From positions 1 to 64,000 of the forward strand of contig NW_005434662.1 in NCBI RefSeq assembly GCF_000315625.1: a DNA stretch of 64,000 nt, read 5' to 3'. Shown here one piece after another: positions 10,250 through 23,730 of the stretch. The notes beneath the pieces were generated by a model. The model had not been told where the DNA came from. It searched no databases and was given only the letters and a program-made list of their open reading frames with translations. Position 1 is the stretch's first letter. Each line of letters starts with the position of its first letter. This stretch comes from Guillardia theta CCMP2712 (lineage: Eukaryota; Protista; Cryptophyta). Made by a program: the position numbers and the translations under genes.

Positions 10250-10790
10250 CTCCCCTTCACACACGGTGGCACTCCGACGGGCCACCTCCTTGCGGAGGCT
10301 TCCCACACAGCCGCGCGGCACGAGTGGCCCGGGCCGGGGCTCAGTTGCGCAGTGCGGCGGCCCTGATCCGACTCTCAGCCAGGCCTGACTCCCCGAGTCC
10401 GGGAGTCCCGGTATCCCGGGGGCCCATCATTGTCAAAAACACTGATGATGTGACATAGTACTCGTAGAAAATCCAGGATTAACTTCCCATCATGGCATGC
10501 CATCCGATCCGCCGGGAGTGGGCCACCTCCAGTAGCCTTCCCGAGTCCGTCCGCGCATGATCGGCCAACCCGGCCGGGCGGCGATGGCCGCGAAGTACGG
10601 CCGGCGGCGCGGCGGCCCGCCTCACTGCCGGCCCGGGCCCGGGCCGGGCCGATCGTAGTGATCGGCCCGCCACTCGTCAGCCGCCGGCCCGGGCCGGCCC
10701 GGGCCGATCGTAGTGCTCATTCCTTCGGCGGCGGCCACCGCGACATCGCTGGCATGGCCGCGCGGGGGACTTGTCCTGCGCGCCGTTAAG
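10250..10790. other. GC-rich palindrome-dense intergenic island 1
   Basis: Dense CCGG/GGCC/CCCGGG motifs, between divergent genes, flanked by direct copies of the dispersed repeat. Confidence 0.75.
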
Positions 10791-10798
10791 TGAAGGTA

Positions 10799-10955
10799 TC
10801 AGTTAAGTTTGGGGGACAGCAGTCGGCAGGTTTAGGTTTGGTTCTCGCTGTCTTTTCTCTTCTCGCCGTTTGGCCTGTGCGACAGTGTCAGGGTCAAGCC
10901 TCCTCGACTCTCCTGATTGTCCTCGTACTGATTTTTCACTTAACTTTGAGTAAAG
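10799..10955 (+). repeat. Dispersed ~155-bp island repeat, copy B (most complete)
   Basis: Near-identical to copy A and to the reverse complement of 29031..29194, including the cagttaagtttgggggacagcag extension. Confidence 0.9.
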
Positions 10956-11849
10956 ATCTGCGTTCGCATTCAGAAGGACCCCCGAACACGTGCCATCGAT
11001 TTTACCTACCCACCCCAACAACAACCAGCATTACCACTCTAGGGTACGATTGAAGAAAAGCACCCCCACCCTCTTTTTCTATATACTCTTTCACTCCCTA
11101 CCCCTCCCCTAGAAGCAGGGCCATTTAAAAAGCATGATGAGAGAGCAATTCACCTTTACTCACTTATGTCCTTCTTTGAAATCAGAGGTACCCCTGATTT
11201 TCTCTTTCGCACTACCCCTAGGGCACCGCATCTACCACAGGATGCCATTGCTACCCTCCACCTCCAAGTTCACCACCCACTCACCCTTCTCCAAAGCTTC
11301 AATCACCCCCACCCTCTGTTGGTCAGTACTACCCCCAAGTATGAAGAAAACCCCGTCTTCCCTCCAAAATGTCCACCTGTCCATGCAGGGTTCGAGATCC
11401 CATTGGGGCCGCTGCCGGTTCAGACTTGCAGATGCTGCTCTTACGTTAGCCTATCTCCCTTGCCTGCGTACTGCAGGCTCCGCTCTCACGTGTTTGTGGA
11501 ACCTCAACCCTGTATCCTTCTCTTGCTTACTTTCTCGAATTTAACCAGATTTCATGTGTTTTTGCTTTCGAATCGTGTACCATGATTTGCATGTTTGTCC
11601 AAGGAAATAAATTCAGTCGAAATGGAACGAATTGAACTGAAAGTCGGGGAGACTTTGTTTGACGTTGGCTCTGGTCTGACTATTTCGACCAGTTTTGATT
11701 GCTTTCGTGATGTCGGTTGTATCTATCTCTGTGAAGGGAGCATTAAGAGTGTTCTGCTCTCGATTTGATTTCAATACGATTTACTGCACAAGTGACATGC
11801 TTAGATGGAGGCATAGAATCCAAAGAAATAATGAATATTTCATTTTCAG

Positions 11850-14800
11850 GAACCACAGTAAACTTCCTGGTTCAGCTTTCACATCGCATGCAGGATGTTT
11901 CCTGGAGGTTCAACCTCCCATGATTGATGGTGCTGAACTGAATTGGCCTAAGCAGGAAGAGGATATCCGGGGAAGAAACCAGAGGCGAAGAAGACCGGTC
12001 CAGCTGCTGCATTTCCAAAACCTATCAACCTACCTAGTCGTCGCAAGGAGAACAACGGATTCGATCCTAATGTTCAACTGGTTGGCACAGGCTCTTGGGC
12101 TGCTTCACAGAAATCAGCGAGTGGTACATTGGTCTCCAACTCGAACAGCCCCCTGCGCTCGGCAACTGTATCTGCTGCACCCGAAGTGCCACGACCTTCG
12201 CAGCCCATGGGTTGGAACACATCATCAGTGCAACCGAATCCTGTGTTGAATTCTGCGAATGCTAAACCAGATTCAGGGGCAGAATTTCCTAAACTTGGCG
12301 AAACTTCAAGTCGTCCAGCGATGACATTGACACAGGATTGGCAAATTGGCAGCCGTGAAGAAGCCAACTCATTTCCACGCCAGGAGCCTCCACAGTCTCG
12401 TGCCAATGCAAAGGAACAAGAAGCATTTAAGAAAGATTTGTCACCTCCACCTCTTGTTCAATTTTCCAATCATGATTGGGCAGAAGATGATGACGATGAA
12501 ATGGATTTCCAACAACCGATTGTCATAGCTGGTTCAGGAAATGATTCGTCTAAATCTCAAGTGAAGGCAGCTCCCATCGATCCAAAGGAGGAAGCAATTA
12601 TTCTGGCGAGGAAAAAACAGGTACAGTCAATTGTCTACGCTTTGAATTTTCTGAGAACGAATCAATCGACAGCAAGAGCTTGAACGAATGCAGGAAGAAT
12701 TGATCATCCAACAACGAAGAGCAGACATAGAAGCTTATGAGCGCGAAAAGAGATTGCAAGAAGAAGCAGAACAACGAAGACGGCAAGAAGAGATGGAACA
12801 GAAAAGACAGATAGTTGAAGAGCGCGAAAGACGATTTGATCGAGAGCGTGAAAGAGACAGATGGGTACTGAATATTACTTTGGTCAAAGGGTGTTCTAAT
12901 TGTGTCACCTCAACAGAGAAATGATGAGCCCAGGCGATCTGAGGAAGAGCGATGGTCTCGCACTTCTGATTTTCACAGAGTTGATGAAGAAAAACGATTG
13001 CAAGACCGTGAAGTCGCGAGCCAGAATGAATTGATGAAGAAGTCAATTGAGGCAGCAAGGAAAAGAAGAGAGGAGGAGGAGCAGAAAATGGAAGCTGAGC
13101 GAAGAGCTGCTGCTCAGGCTAGACTTGCTGCAATTGAAGAGAAGTTAGCTGCTCGAGCGAAACCTGGACAAGATGAAGGGCATAAGCAGAGTGATAGCAG
13201 AGAGTCTGAGGTAATGAAGGAATCATAATTTGAAAGATATTCATGGCATTTTCAGGAGAATGTGGATTCTTCAAATTCTTTGAAAGCCACGGAAGTGGAA
13301 CAAGGAGAAAGAAATGAATCCATCCTGGAGAGGCCCAACCTACAGTCCAGACAGGGTAATGCGGCAAATTATTGGAGAATTGATCAACGAAACCAGAAAG
13401 TAGAATGGCCTGATGCAGACCAAGAAGCTTGGAGGAAACTTCGTGAAGAAGAACGACCAGAAGCTCGTGGCATTCTCGAACAGCATGCTCCATCTCACAT
13501 GCAAAGAATGCAAGAAGGAAGAGGTTACCGTAGGGGATATGATGTCAAGCAGGAGAAATTTTTCAGCACAAACAGGTGAATTTGAAAATGAACACTTGTC
13601 TGAACCCTGTGCAACTGATTCCAAGTCTATTTGAATTTGCTAGATACGAGGTTGAAGATCAGACTGCTGCAAGCTTGAGGCGATTCATGGCAGAAAGGGA
13701 AGAACGAGAAATCAAGAACAAGGACAAGCAACAGAGGGATGTGACTTACAGAGATCGACAAAATGAGAAAGAAGTTGAAATTGTTGATAGAGCAACTTTG
13801 AAAAAACAGGCGTTGGAAGAGAGGCGCAGGCGCGAGGAAGACCTTCGAGCAAGGCAGGCTGAAGAATTGGAACATGAAAATCCAAGTAGGGAAAGGTTTC
13901 CAGTTCGAACAAAATTACAGTTAGCGAAAAGGACTTTGCCTCTGGATTCTTCAAGACAGCCACCAGGTTCTGTAGCTATGTGTTTGAAACTGTAATCTGA
14001 GTATATGATAGACGGAGCGAACAGTACAAATGGATCTCACGTGCAGAGAACAAAAGCAGATGTTCCTCCACCATCAGAAATGCCCATAAGCAGTGAATGG
14101 ATGGATCACTCGCAAACAGCATGCATACAAACGTTTGGAGCTCCTGAACTTGTCAACCAACTGGGTGCAAAAGCGTGGTCGTCTACCACAGTTACAGTGG
14201 CCCCAGGACGCAATGTTACTGGAAAAATGGCACCTCCTTTGGCACAGGGTTTACTATCAAATCCCGTAATCGGCATGCACACCAAACCTGATATTGCAAG
14301 ACAAGAAATTATGAATGGAAGTGCTTCTATGCCTGTCCGGTCGAAAATTCAAGATGCTAGTGATGTAGCAACAGGAGCAGCTGACTTCATCCTCGGTGAG
14401 GATGACGTCCGTCGAACGAATAATATGCAGAATGTTGAGGAGTCCTACACAGCAGTTCCAGAATCGGCCAATGTGATGGGAACTGATGCTGCATTCCAAC
14501 ATCTGCCCAGCTCAGAATGGACATCATGGCAAGGATGGAAGTATGATCAAACATTCAGCTCTTTCACAACAGCGGGTGTAAATTTAAATCTTAGTGATCT
14601 CCCTCTTCAAATCCCAAGTGATCAATCTCTTTGGGTCCCAAAGCAGGATCCAACTGATTCTTCCAAGGCGAACTCACTCTTCAAAGGTACTCCTTGGACC
14701 CCGATTTGGCAAACAGACACTTCAGTTGATCAAGCTGCGATTAGGCTGCCCGCAAATCAAGGACGGGGCTCTAATGAGAATGCGGGTGGGTCGGATTACT

Positions 14801-15216
14801 CTGTCTCTGGACAAGGCATGAGCAATCTGAAGAATACGAGAGAAGTCAAGGCTCTCAGGAAGTTCTCTCCACAGGCTGGTGGGCCAGTAAAGAAAGATTT
14901 GGGTACATTTTCCCCTCAGGTGACGAATATTGCAAATAGTACCGATTCCCCAAGGAATTCTTTTAGCTCTCAAGGGCCGAGGCCGAGCGGGAGGAGTGTC
15001 GCCACCATGAGCTACGGGAGAGTGAAGAAGATAATGCCACGACCACAAGGTGATGACTCGTCCAGGGAGTCAACGTCGGGAAGCAATATCGATGGAATTG
15101 GAATGGAAAGCGGAGATATCGCCCGTGGTGGATCTAGGGGCAAACTTTATGTACCGCAAAGTGTTAGGGAGGCTGCACATGCTCTTTCCAAGCAGCGGGG
15201 AGTTGTGGACCAGTGA
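11850..15216 (+). CDS. PRRC2/BAT2 (plant MOS1)-like low-complexity RNA-associated protein, multi-exon
   Basis: Frame upstream of ORF 12129 reads FPKPINLPSRRKENNGFDPNVQLVGTGSW (BAT2_N signature); later AARKRREEEEQKMEAERRAAAQARLAAIEEK (PRRC2-type coiled coil); start uncertain. Confidence 0.75.
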
Positions 15217-15471
15217 GGTTCGCAGCATCCAAGGGTAGGGTGCTTTGGAATGGCTACATGCCTTTTGTTGCTTTGAGATGGGATACGATCAACACAAAAT
15301 ATTTACAGGCTGTCCTACATGGAGATCGTTTATTTTGAATACCTGCATGGTACTTGCAGTTTTAAACGAATGAGACGGCTAGTACAAAAAAAATCAATGA
15401 AGAGCGTGTGGAAGCCATAAAAGATCGATGAAAATTAGATCTTGCAGTTTAGTGAAACCGTTTCAAAACAT

Positions 15472-16715
15472 TCAGCACCAGCTATATCTAAAGCACTTGT
15501 GTCAATTCTTCAGTTGTGTCGATCGGTGAATTTACCTGCCCGTCATAACAATCCTTGAGGACCCCCATCTTGATAATGCTCTCAGGGATGTTGTCGCGAC
15601 GAACAGGTTTGTTGCCGCAGGCTCCATTCAAATACCTTGCATCAATGTGACAAGATGGTCGAGATCAGACAGATAGTACAATTCTTTGAGGGTGGTAAGC
15701 TGTGATAAGCCCTCGGGAATGTGTCTTAGACTACAGTTGCAGAGCGTGAGGTCCTCTCTGACAGCGACATCAGAACAATCGCTGTGTCTTTATCGCCAAT
15801 TACATCTTCGGCATCTTGTAGAAACCGCCTGGAAGCTCCTGTGATATAAAAATTATTTCACAGGACATGAAAATGAAATAGAAGTGAAAGACCGTAATGG
15901 GATTTCCGTCAAGGTAAAACCCACGCAAACAAGTGAGCTGTTCCAGTCCGTTGGGCAACGATGTTAATCTGTTGTTAGACAAGAATGCAAACTGAAGCTT
16001 CGGAATTCTACAGAACTCTTCTGGAAGCTCAGTGATAAAGTTGTTGTAGATCTGCAGAGAAGGGGATCAGAAGAATTTCCACAGAGCCAGCTGTTTCTCA
16101 CACTAAGCTGAGTTAAATTGTTGAGCCGATGTATTGATTTTGGTAAACTTGTCATGATGTTGTCATAGATGCAGAGAGTTTGCAAGGCCGTCATCTCCTG
16201 AATTTCTTCAAAACTCGTAAGAACTTGAGTTCAGGATACGATCCGTCCGCTTACCTTCAGGCAGCATCTGAATTCGGTTCTGATTTATTGACAACTTGGT
16301 GAGTGAGGTTGCCAAATGTCCATCGCGCCACACACATTGTTCAGGCAGCTGATGCAATAGTCACAGACATAATCAAGTGTGTTGCACATGAAAAGCGCAC
16401 TTGTGTGTACAGATTCATGCTCAAATCCAGCTCGCGCAGATTTGTGAGAACGGACAAATCCCATGGCAGCGTCGTCAACCTGAATCTTATCAGTCAAATC
16501 GAAAAAAGTCATCAAAGAGTAAGAAGGATAATTTGGCAGAGATTCACAAACAACAAGCGCGTGTGACTTAAAGAACGTTGGGATAAGGTAAACCTTTTCA
16601 GGCGAAGATCAAGATGGGTCATATCGGCATCGATCTCAAGTTCCTCACTCCCTGGTGGGAGCGATCCTGTTCCTATCTGATTCGAGAAGTCGTTCTTGCT
16701 AGAAGAACCACCCAT
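15472..16715 (-). CDS. Cytoplasmic leucine-rich repeat protein with a predicted N-myristoylation start, multi-exon
   Basis: MGGSSSK start; LRR exons LQTLCIYDNIMTSLPKSIHRLNNLTQL and LSNNRLTSLPNGLEQLTCLRGFYLDGNPIT; GT-AG introns. Confidence 0.75.
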
Positions 16716-16989
16716 CCTTGTCTTGTCGAATGTTATGCCCTGTTGCTTATGCCTCCTCTACCCAAGAGTCTCCCTGACCCCGTCGTGCCACTGAAGAACG
16801 GCAGCCCTTGCCAACTCGGAACACAGAGTTTTCTGCACTGTCCTTGAAGCAGCTGATCGAGCAAGAAAAGACGTGAGGCTTGTGACTTCTCCTCTCCTCC
16901 CTCTCCTCTCTCTCTCCTCTCTCTGCCTCAAAGCCTTGCTCCTCGTCGATCCCGTCCTTCCGCTGCTGACGACGACACCCCGCTGCCCC

Positions 16990-17650
16990 ACCCGGACTCA
17001 GTCGCCAAGCAGTGCGGCCCGGACCCGCCTCCCGGGTCCCCGGCCCGGCCCGGCCCCCGCGGCCGCCGGGCCCGGCCGGGCCGCCCACGCAGCCTCCAAG
17101 GCAAGGCCCGGGGACTCAGCCGAAGGGCCCGGGAACATAAAAAGTAAACCCCGGGCCTGGCCGCCGCTTGACAGGCTCATCATGGCATCACTTCCAAAGT
17201 TCCGGGAACGGCCCGGGGCCCAGCCTCCGGGCGGCGCCGCGGCGGCCTGGCAGGCCGGGCTGGCTGGCGGCGGCCCAGCCGCTCAGGGGCCCGGGGCCCG
17301 GGCCCACCCCCGGTCACTGAGTCACGGCGTGACCCGGAGGCTTCAGTTCCGATGACTCCTGGCAGCCTGAGCCCCGGCCGCCACCAGGCTCTCCTGATCA
17401 TCGGATTGTCCTCGGGGGCCTCGTACTGATTTTTATCTCATAGCGTATGTAACTTTGAGTATTTCGGAGGCTCTTGCCGGTCCGATCCGATCCGAAGCCT
17501 TGACTCTGTGAAGCCTCGGATGATGCATGTCCGCCGGCCGGCCCCCGGCCGGCGGGCCGCGGGCGGGTCACTGAGTCACCGGGCCGGGCAGTGGCCGAGT
17601 CGGACCCGGGCCCTCAGGCCAGTCGGGTTGGGCCCTGAGCGTCCGATGAC
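16990..17650. other. GC-rich palindrome-dense intergenic island 2, containing an interrupted partial repeat copy (17389..17461)
   Basis: CCGG/GGCC/TGAGTCA-rich; ctctcctgat[catcggat]tgtcctcg[ggggcctcg]tactgattt...aactttgagta. Confidence 0.75.
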
Positions 17651-17819
17651 TCTTTAACTTGAAACCTTCACTCAAAGAATCCCCAAGAAAATGACGGAGG
17701 TTACGGAGGCGAGGGAACCAAATGGGAGGAAGAGGAGGAAGAGGAGGTAGAGGAGGTGTTGGAGGGGACGAGGAGGTGATGGAGGACGAGGAGTGCTGAT
17801 GGTCGAGGACGAGGGAGAG

Positions 17820-17866
<47 letters not shown>
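17820..17866 (+). repeat. (GAGGAC)n microsatellite
   Basis: Hexamer tandem run within a purine-rich stretch. Confidence 0.85.
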
Positions 17867-18221
17867 AGAGTGGAAATGCTTACCTGAATGAGGAAAAGAG
17901 GTGATGAAGAGGAAATTTATACTGTGACATTAGCGGTATCCAAAAATGGTGGGAGTAGTGAAGATGAAGGATACGCTGGACAAGAATTATGTCAGTATTT
18001 AACAAAACATATATCTCAAGGAGTCGGCGGTAGATCTTGACTGATTGACGATTGGATAGCAGAACATGAGCAGTGAAATGACGATCATGATACCAGGATG
18101 CATGAATAATGTGATGGAGAGAATTTCAATTAGAAAGAATAGCTTCTTGCTGCTGTGATAATATGTTTGATTCATAACATGCATGCTTCAGGTCGCGGGA
18201 GGTTTACAAAATCGAGACAGC

Positions 18222-21200
18222 ATGCAAGGAGGTCAGTCTTGATAGTTTCTGTGAGAAATTGCTGGTTGTGACATTTGCAACAGGGTCAGAGCAAGCACGT
18301 AAGACGAACAGCCCAATTACGGTCATTCTTTGATGCATTTGTACCAGCGCGGAAGAGGAAGCGGAAGAGTGGTTGGGATGTTTCCAGTGAAGGTGTTTTC
18401 ATCAACCTTGATTGAGCACTGAAGTCAGATAGATGCGGCTTCTAACAAGACTGCAGGGAACCTCGAGGACGGTCTCACTCCCAAACAAATTGAGGCCATA
18501 CGAGCGGCAAAGGCGGTGCATGCGGCGAAGACGGCAATGGCGATGGCGAAAGGTGACTGACTAGGACCCCACAATCTCATGCTGACTTGCGTTGACAGTC
18601 AGCGTCCCAGTGGTTAACCCGCTGCTAGGTTTGACAGTGATTGCGCAACTGGCGCTGGTAACGATAGCAGGCATGGTGAAGCCGCCGCAGCGAAATCGGC
18701 TGTATGTGGGGAGCTTGCACTTCGACCTCAAGGAAGCCGATGTCCGCGCCATCTTCCAGCCGTTTGGGCCCATCAAGACGATGTGACCGAATCTGAGACT
18801 TCACCGTCTGTCCGTGATATGCTGCAGAGAAATGTCGTATGAGCCAACCACCGGGAAGTCCAAGGGATATGCTTTCATAGAGTACATGAATGATGCTCAA
18901 GCCGACGCGTGTGAGAAGGCGATGGATGGCTTCATGATTGCTGGCAGGTATGTTCTGCGAGGCGATGCCTGCGATGTTTTTTCTTTCCGAATATCAAAGA
19001 TGTATTTGTGCTCTTGAATTTCACTGTTCTCAAAATTAATCAAATTACGTTTTTTTTCTCTGTTTTTTCTTCTCTTTTTTACTCTCTCTTGTTCTTTTTC
19101 TTTATGTTCTTTCCCCCCACTCCTTCCCCCTTGTTCTTCTCTCCCTGCGTGACTTTCTTATTCTTTCTCCCTCTCCCCCCCCCCCCCCCTTCTCTCTCTC
19201 CTCTTCTTTTCTCCCTCCCTCTCCCTTCTCTCGCTTTCAATCAATCTTTTGCTCTCTCTCTCTCTCTATCTCATTCTCTATCTCTATCTCGATCTCTATC
19301 TCTCCTCCCTTCCTCTCCCTCTCCTCCCTTCCTCTCCCTCTCCTCCCTTCCTCTCCCTTTCCCTCCCTCCCTCTTCTCTCTATCTCTATCTCGTTCTCTC
19401 CCTCTCTCCCTCCCTCCCTGACTCGCTGACTCCATCCCTCCCTCCCTCCCTCTTTCTCTTTTTCTTTCTTTTTCTGTGTCCTGCAACCCCTCAAACGCTT
19501 ACAACTTTTGTCGTAAGTCAAGCTGTTTTTCTGTTGTTTTATCATCAATCATCTCGGTTTCAGCTTGCGTAGCTCGAAGAACTTGTTTTGTTAACTCTTT
19601 GAGTATGAGTGTGAGAGCTTGGAAATTCTCCATGGTTGGCGAATTTACTGGCATCTCTATTGAGGAGCTTTTTAGACCCATCAAAGTCGGCAGACCGCAC
19701 AATACAGTCTCCGCCAACGCACCTGTGGTAAGATGGATACGCTCTCTGTACGGCTGATGTAGCATCGAAGACTATTCTTCCTCCTCAACTTCTCGTCAGT
19801 CGACCTCCAGCCATGGCCCCCCTCGCTGCCGCAGGTTCTTATTCTTTCCGACCTCAACCCTCGGCCCTGTCATCCACTTCCAAGAGCTCATTGCACTGCA
19901 TTCGCCCAGGCCTAGGAGTTCCCGGGCTGCTTCCCGGCATGGCTGGTTGAACTCTCTTTTTCCTATCCTCAGCGCAAGACAAACATTTCACCCTGGCAGG
20001 CATTCCTGGGCTTGCTGGCCAGCACTTGCTTCAGGTAGAAGCCCACTCAGTCGCTCCTTGAGTCTCACGTCTGTGCAGCAACGAGCTGCCTCCCTGCTTG
20101 CCGCACAGGCAAGATTGATTGAGATGTCGAGAGAATGATTGAGATGTCAAGCTGAAGTAAGATCGTTCTTGCAGCAAGCGGCACTTGCAGCGCAGAAAGC
20201 GCAAGCCCAGCCGCTGAATGTCAGTTGCTTCCCTGTTACTCTCCTTCATCACTCCCATCCAGACACCAGTCGCGGGCCCTCCAGCTCGAATTTACATTGG
20301 CTCCGTCCTCTTCGACGTGAAGGAGTCAGAGGTCAAGCAGATCTTTCAAGTGCGTCGCAGCCTCTTCGCTTGTCCCTCGTCGTGCACGAGGTAGTGCACG
20401 AGTGACAAGCGCTCGCAGGTTTTCGGGAGCATCAAGCAGATCTCGATGATTCCGAACCCTGAGAACGGGAAGCACAAGGTGACCTCGAGCCCTCTGCTTG
20501 CTCCGGCTGCTTATGCTCTCGCCGATCTCAGGGCTACGGATTCATCGAGTATGAGAAGCATGACGACGCCGTGCAGGCCATCCAGGTGACGGACTGACCT
20601 GGAGGCAGCCGTGTTAAAGCTGAGCAGGCTATGAACGGCTTCCAGCTGGCCGGCAGGCCACTAAAGGTTGGAAGAGAAGAGTGATCTGATTTCTGGTGAG
20701 GTGAGAGGGTAGGTGGGGTGGGCGAGCTCTGCCATGCCCGACTCGGCACAAACTTCATCGGTGCGGGGGATGGGAGAAAGTGATTGTGGCTGATGTTGCG
20801 GCAGGAGGATAAGACCAGCAACCCGATCATTGTAGCAGCAGCGAATGCCATCGCAGATAAGGTGAGGCTGCGGGCTAGTGACGGTGAGCTGACAACCTGC
20901 TGCGCAGGTCACAACAAGCCTTGTGACAAGCTCGTCAAACGACATCACAACAGTAGAGGACGAAGAGAACTTGAGTGTATCAAGCGTCCTGCAGGTACCT
21001 TGCGCTTTGAGAAATCTGTTGCGCATCAAGATGTTGGCGATGCTGTGACAGCGTGGATGACAACTCTTTTCAGCGCAAAGAGATCATGTGCAAGCTAGCA
21101 AATCGACCTTCTCGGGTGAGCGATCTCTTCTTCAGGTCTGCCTGTGATGTGGCACAAGGTTGTCCTGCTGAAGAACATGGTGGAGCCCGAGGACGTCGAC

Positions 21201-21616
21201 CCGCTGGTGACGCGTGACAACTTTCGCCTCCTGTGTGTGACCGTCAAACAGCTGGAGCAGGAGATTGCAGAAGAATGCTCCAAGTTCGGAAAAGTGAGCT
21301 CAAGCCACCCTCTTGCCTTTGTCCTCCCTCACTCCCACTCTGACACTTCCTACCTTTCCTTCCATGTTGACCGTTTGCAGGTCAACAAGGTTCTCATCGT
21401 CACCATGGTGGAGCAAGGATCTCGTCTGGTCAAAGTGTTTGTAGAGTTTGGGGATCAGGAAGCGGCCACCAAGGCTGTAGCGCGACTCGACAAGCGATGG
21501 TTCGGAGGAAAGGTCGGTGCTCTTGCAGAGAAAGCAAACAGTTGACTTTCTCGCAGATTGTAAATGCGAGTACATATGAGGAGGAAAGGTTCGTTCGACA
21601 AGACTTGTCGGGTTGA
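18222..21616 (+). CDS. PUF60: Poly(U)-binding splicing factor PUF60/half-pint (RRM-RRM-UHM), many exons
   Basis: RRM1 RLYVGSLHFDLKEADVRAIFQPFGPIK...TGKSKGYAFIEY; RRM2 RIYIGSVLFDVKESEVKQIF...NGKHKGYGFIEY; C-terminal UHM VVLLKNMV...EEC.KFG...VKVFVEF...RWFGG; start approximate. Confidence 0.88.
19040..19475 (+). repeat. Polypyrimidine/microsatellite tract in a ~730-nt PUF60 intron (18948..19676)
   Basis: CT, CTCTAT and CCCT low-complexity runs; the intron splits G-R|PIKVGRP. Confidence 0.85.
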
Positions 21617-21779
21617 GATGATAGGAAAGTTTCTTCAAAGTTGATGAATGTAAAGACGTTAACGATTCACCTACACACAAGCTCGGCAACATCATGAATA
21701 ATACTCTGTGCGTGGTTGGATCAGCATTCATCATTCTGAATATGCATGGATGAGTTTCAACAAAAGCATCAGGAGGGCT

Positions 21780-23025
21780 GGAAGAGTAAAGTTAGCGCCC
21801 GAGGTCAACTTCAAGCACAAGAACCTGAGAGAAGCAACCCCGGCCTACTTCCCTCAGCTGAGTTCAAGACGATGGAGAACGTGCTGCAAGCAAAGATGAA
21901 AGTTTGGTAGGTGAGAGGTCCAGGCGCACCTGAAGGATTGTGTAGTCTGGTTGACTCCGCACGAGAAGGCATATGGCGCTCCTCCTACACGAAGGTTGTC
22001 AGGCTCACTAGCTCTAACGCTCCTTCGCCATGCCCTACCCAGTCGAAGCTTGCAATAGTCCAGCTGGACACCTGATGAGAGCTCAGATAAGGATCGCAGC
22101 TATTGCTCGGAACCTCGAGATCCATAGCGGTTGGCAGCGATGCTGTAGGAGAAAAGCGAATTCAGCCTAGGAGCAAGGGGATCAAGTGAGCAGAGAGGTA
22201 GAAAGAACCTGATCCCTGCAGAGAAATACGCTGCATCATCCCTAGTACGTTGGTGACTTCTTCTCCTCGCAACTTGCACGTGTCACCTTGCCAGCTCCAC
22301 TGTTGGTCCGTAAAGAGTCTGGATGGCTAGATCCAGGCTGCACGGCATGTCGTCCATGTACGATCCCCAGCACGGTCGTGCTCGAATGTTTGCAATTTTT
22401 GCTCTGCACTCTCCTCAATCGTAAACACGATTCAGAGCATCTAAGAACCTCGTCAACACGCCTGGGCATCGTGCTGTCGCTACTTCCACCGTAGCATTGA
22501 CCGGCATGTAGCACTCCCACGATGTAATACTGCTGCGAAATGAGCGATCGAATGTTGCACTGCATGTGCTGCAGTTCCATCACCCGACTCCTTGTCCTGC
22601 TGTATCGTTTGTGCTTCCAACATTGGATATCAAGATCGGTCTGCAGAAGTCAATGTCGAAGCTGCAGCCGTCAGGAACCTGAATGTGTCGCAATCAAGAT
22701 TAGCCAAGCCATCACAGCAAGAAGCTGTACATCCAAGAGATAGATGAAGAAATACTTGGAAGCTTTTTGAGAACAAGCGGCTTCCAGAGGCCATACTGTC
22801 CGAGTCGCGGCATAGCATGAATGCAGCAATAAAAAGGTTATACAAAGCATGATGTCGACAGCAACAGCCCTCTCCGCCGGTAGACGAAATGGAAGAAGCA
22901 CCATGCTGTCGAATACAGTCGCCGCTCTTGGAGACTAAGAGATTCAGAGACCGTAAGAGATAGGGAGATATGCCAGCATCGCCTGTAAAACTGATGGTGA
23001 GGCTCGAAACTGATGAGCGACATCA
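21780..23025 (-). CDS. Hypothetical multi-exon gene, possibly a membrane protein
   Basis: Short minus-strand ORFs with hydrophobic segments (YFFIYLLDVQLLAVMAWLILIA) and minus-strand splice-like sites; exon structure not resolved. Confidence 0.3.
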
Positions 23026-23074
23026 ATGTTCATCATCATTGACAGTCAGGAATCAGTTAGAGTCAGTTCTCAAG

Positions 23075-23560
23075 TCACTGAGTGAATCCGAGCGGCCTGA
23101 CTCGCTTGAGGACCCTTGAAGTTTGTCGGCCCTGCAACGGTCGCCACCCTTCACTAAGCTTCAGCGGGGGGCGCTCACAGGCTTGGCAGGCAGGCAGCAC
23201 TAGCCGCTGAGCCGCTGAGGACCACTCCCCGGACTTCCGAGCAAGGCTCAGCGGCGGCTTGAAACCGTTACTTTCCCTTCCTGGACTCACTCGAGCGTCA
23301 GGGCAAGTCACTCCAGACGTTCTGCCTGTCTGATCGCACTGTCTCAGTGAAGTACTGATTGTCCTCGTACTACAAACAAGCCTGACGGTCGCGGCTTGAC
23401 AAGCTCTTCTCTCACAAGCAGTGAAGGCTGCGATTGAAATATCCTTTACTCAAACTGAGTTAAGTTAAAACTCAGTACGGAAATCTGTTGATCCGGATGA
23501 GATCGGCAGAACTTCAGTAGTCATCAGAGCCGGGTCGGGCGACCGGGCCCCGGCGAGATT
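23075..23560. other. Intergenic island 3 with two fragments of the dispersed repeat in opposite orientations
   Basis: ctgattgtcctcgtact at ~23355 (+); ctttactcaaactgagttaagttaaaactcagtacg at ~23443 (-). Confidence 0.65.
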
Positions 23561-23609
23561 CTTTTTAGCAAAATTTATCAGAGTCGCCTGTACTACGTTA
23601 CGTTGACCT

Positions 23610-23730
23610 CGCTACTACTACTGCTACTACTACTGCTACTACTACTGCTACTGCTGCTACTGATGCTACTGCTGCTACTGATACTACTGATACTACTCCT
23701 GGTACATATATATATATATTACTACTACAC
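23610..23730 (+). repeat. (CTA/CTG)n and (TA)n microsatellites
   Basis: Tandem trinucleotide and dinucleotide runs. Confidence 0.85.

Noticed and set aside
9933-10955. CRISPR-like or LTR-like arrangement of repeat copies
   Set aside because: Eukaryotic context, irregular spacing, repeat too long, no cas genes; no TG...CA ends, PBS or internal coding region
10803-11053. Protein-like translation of the dispersed repeat (KSVRGQSGESRRLDPDTVAQAKRREEKRQREPN)
   Set aside because: Copies differ by frame-breaking indels, so no sign of coding constraint
11385-11402. GGTTCGAGATCC resembling a tRNA T-loop/B box
   Set aside because: No cloverleaf or A box; no tRNA or rRNA gene could be supported anywhere in the window
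16747-17401. G/P/A/R-rich ORFs across GC islands (also 28100-29000, 50005-50765, 60183-60601)
   Set aside because: Stop-codon depletion from high GC; no domain content
17690-18180. Possible RGG/acidic gene relic upstream of PUF60
   Set aside because: Stops in all frames; explained by a GAGGAC microsatellite
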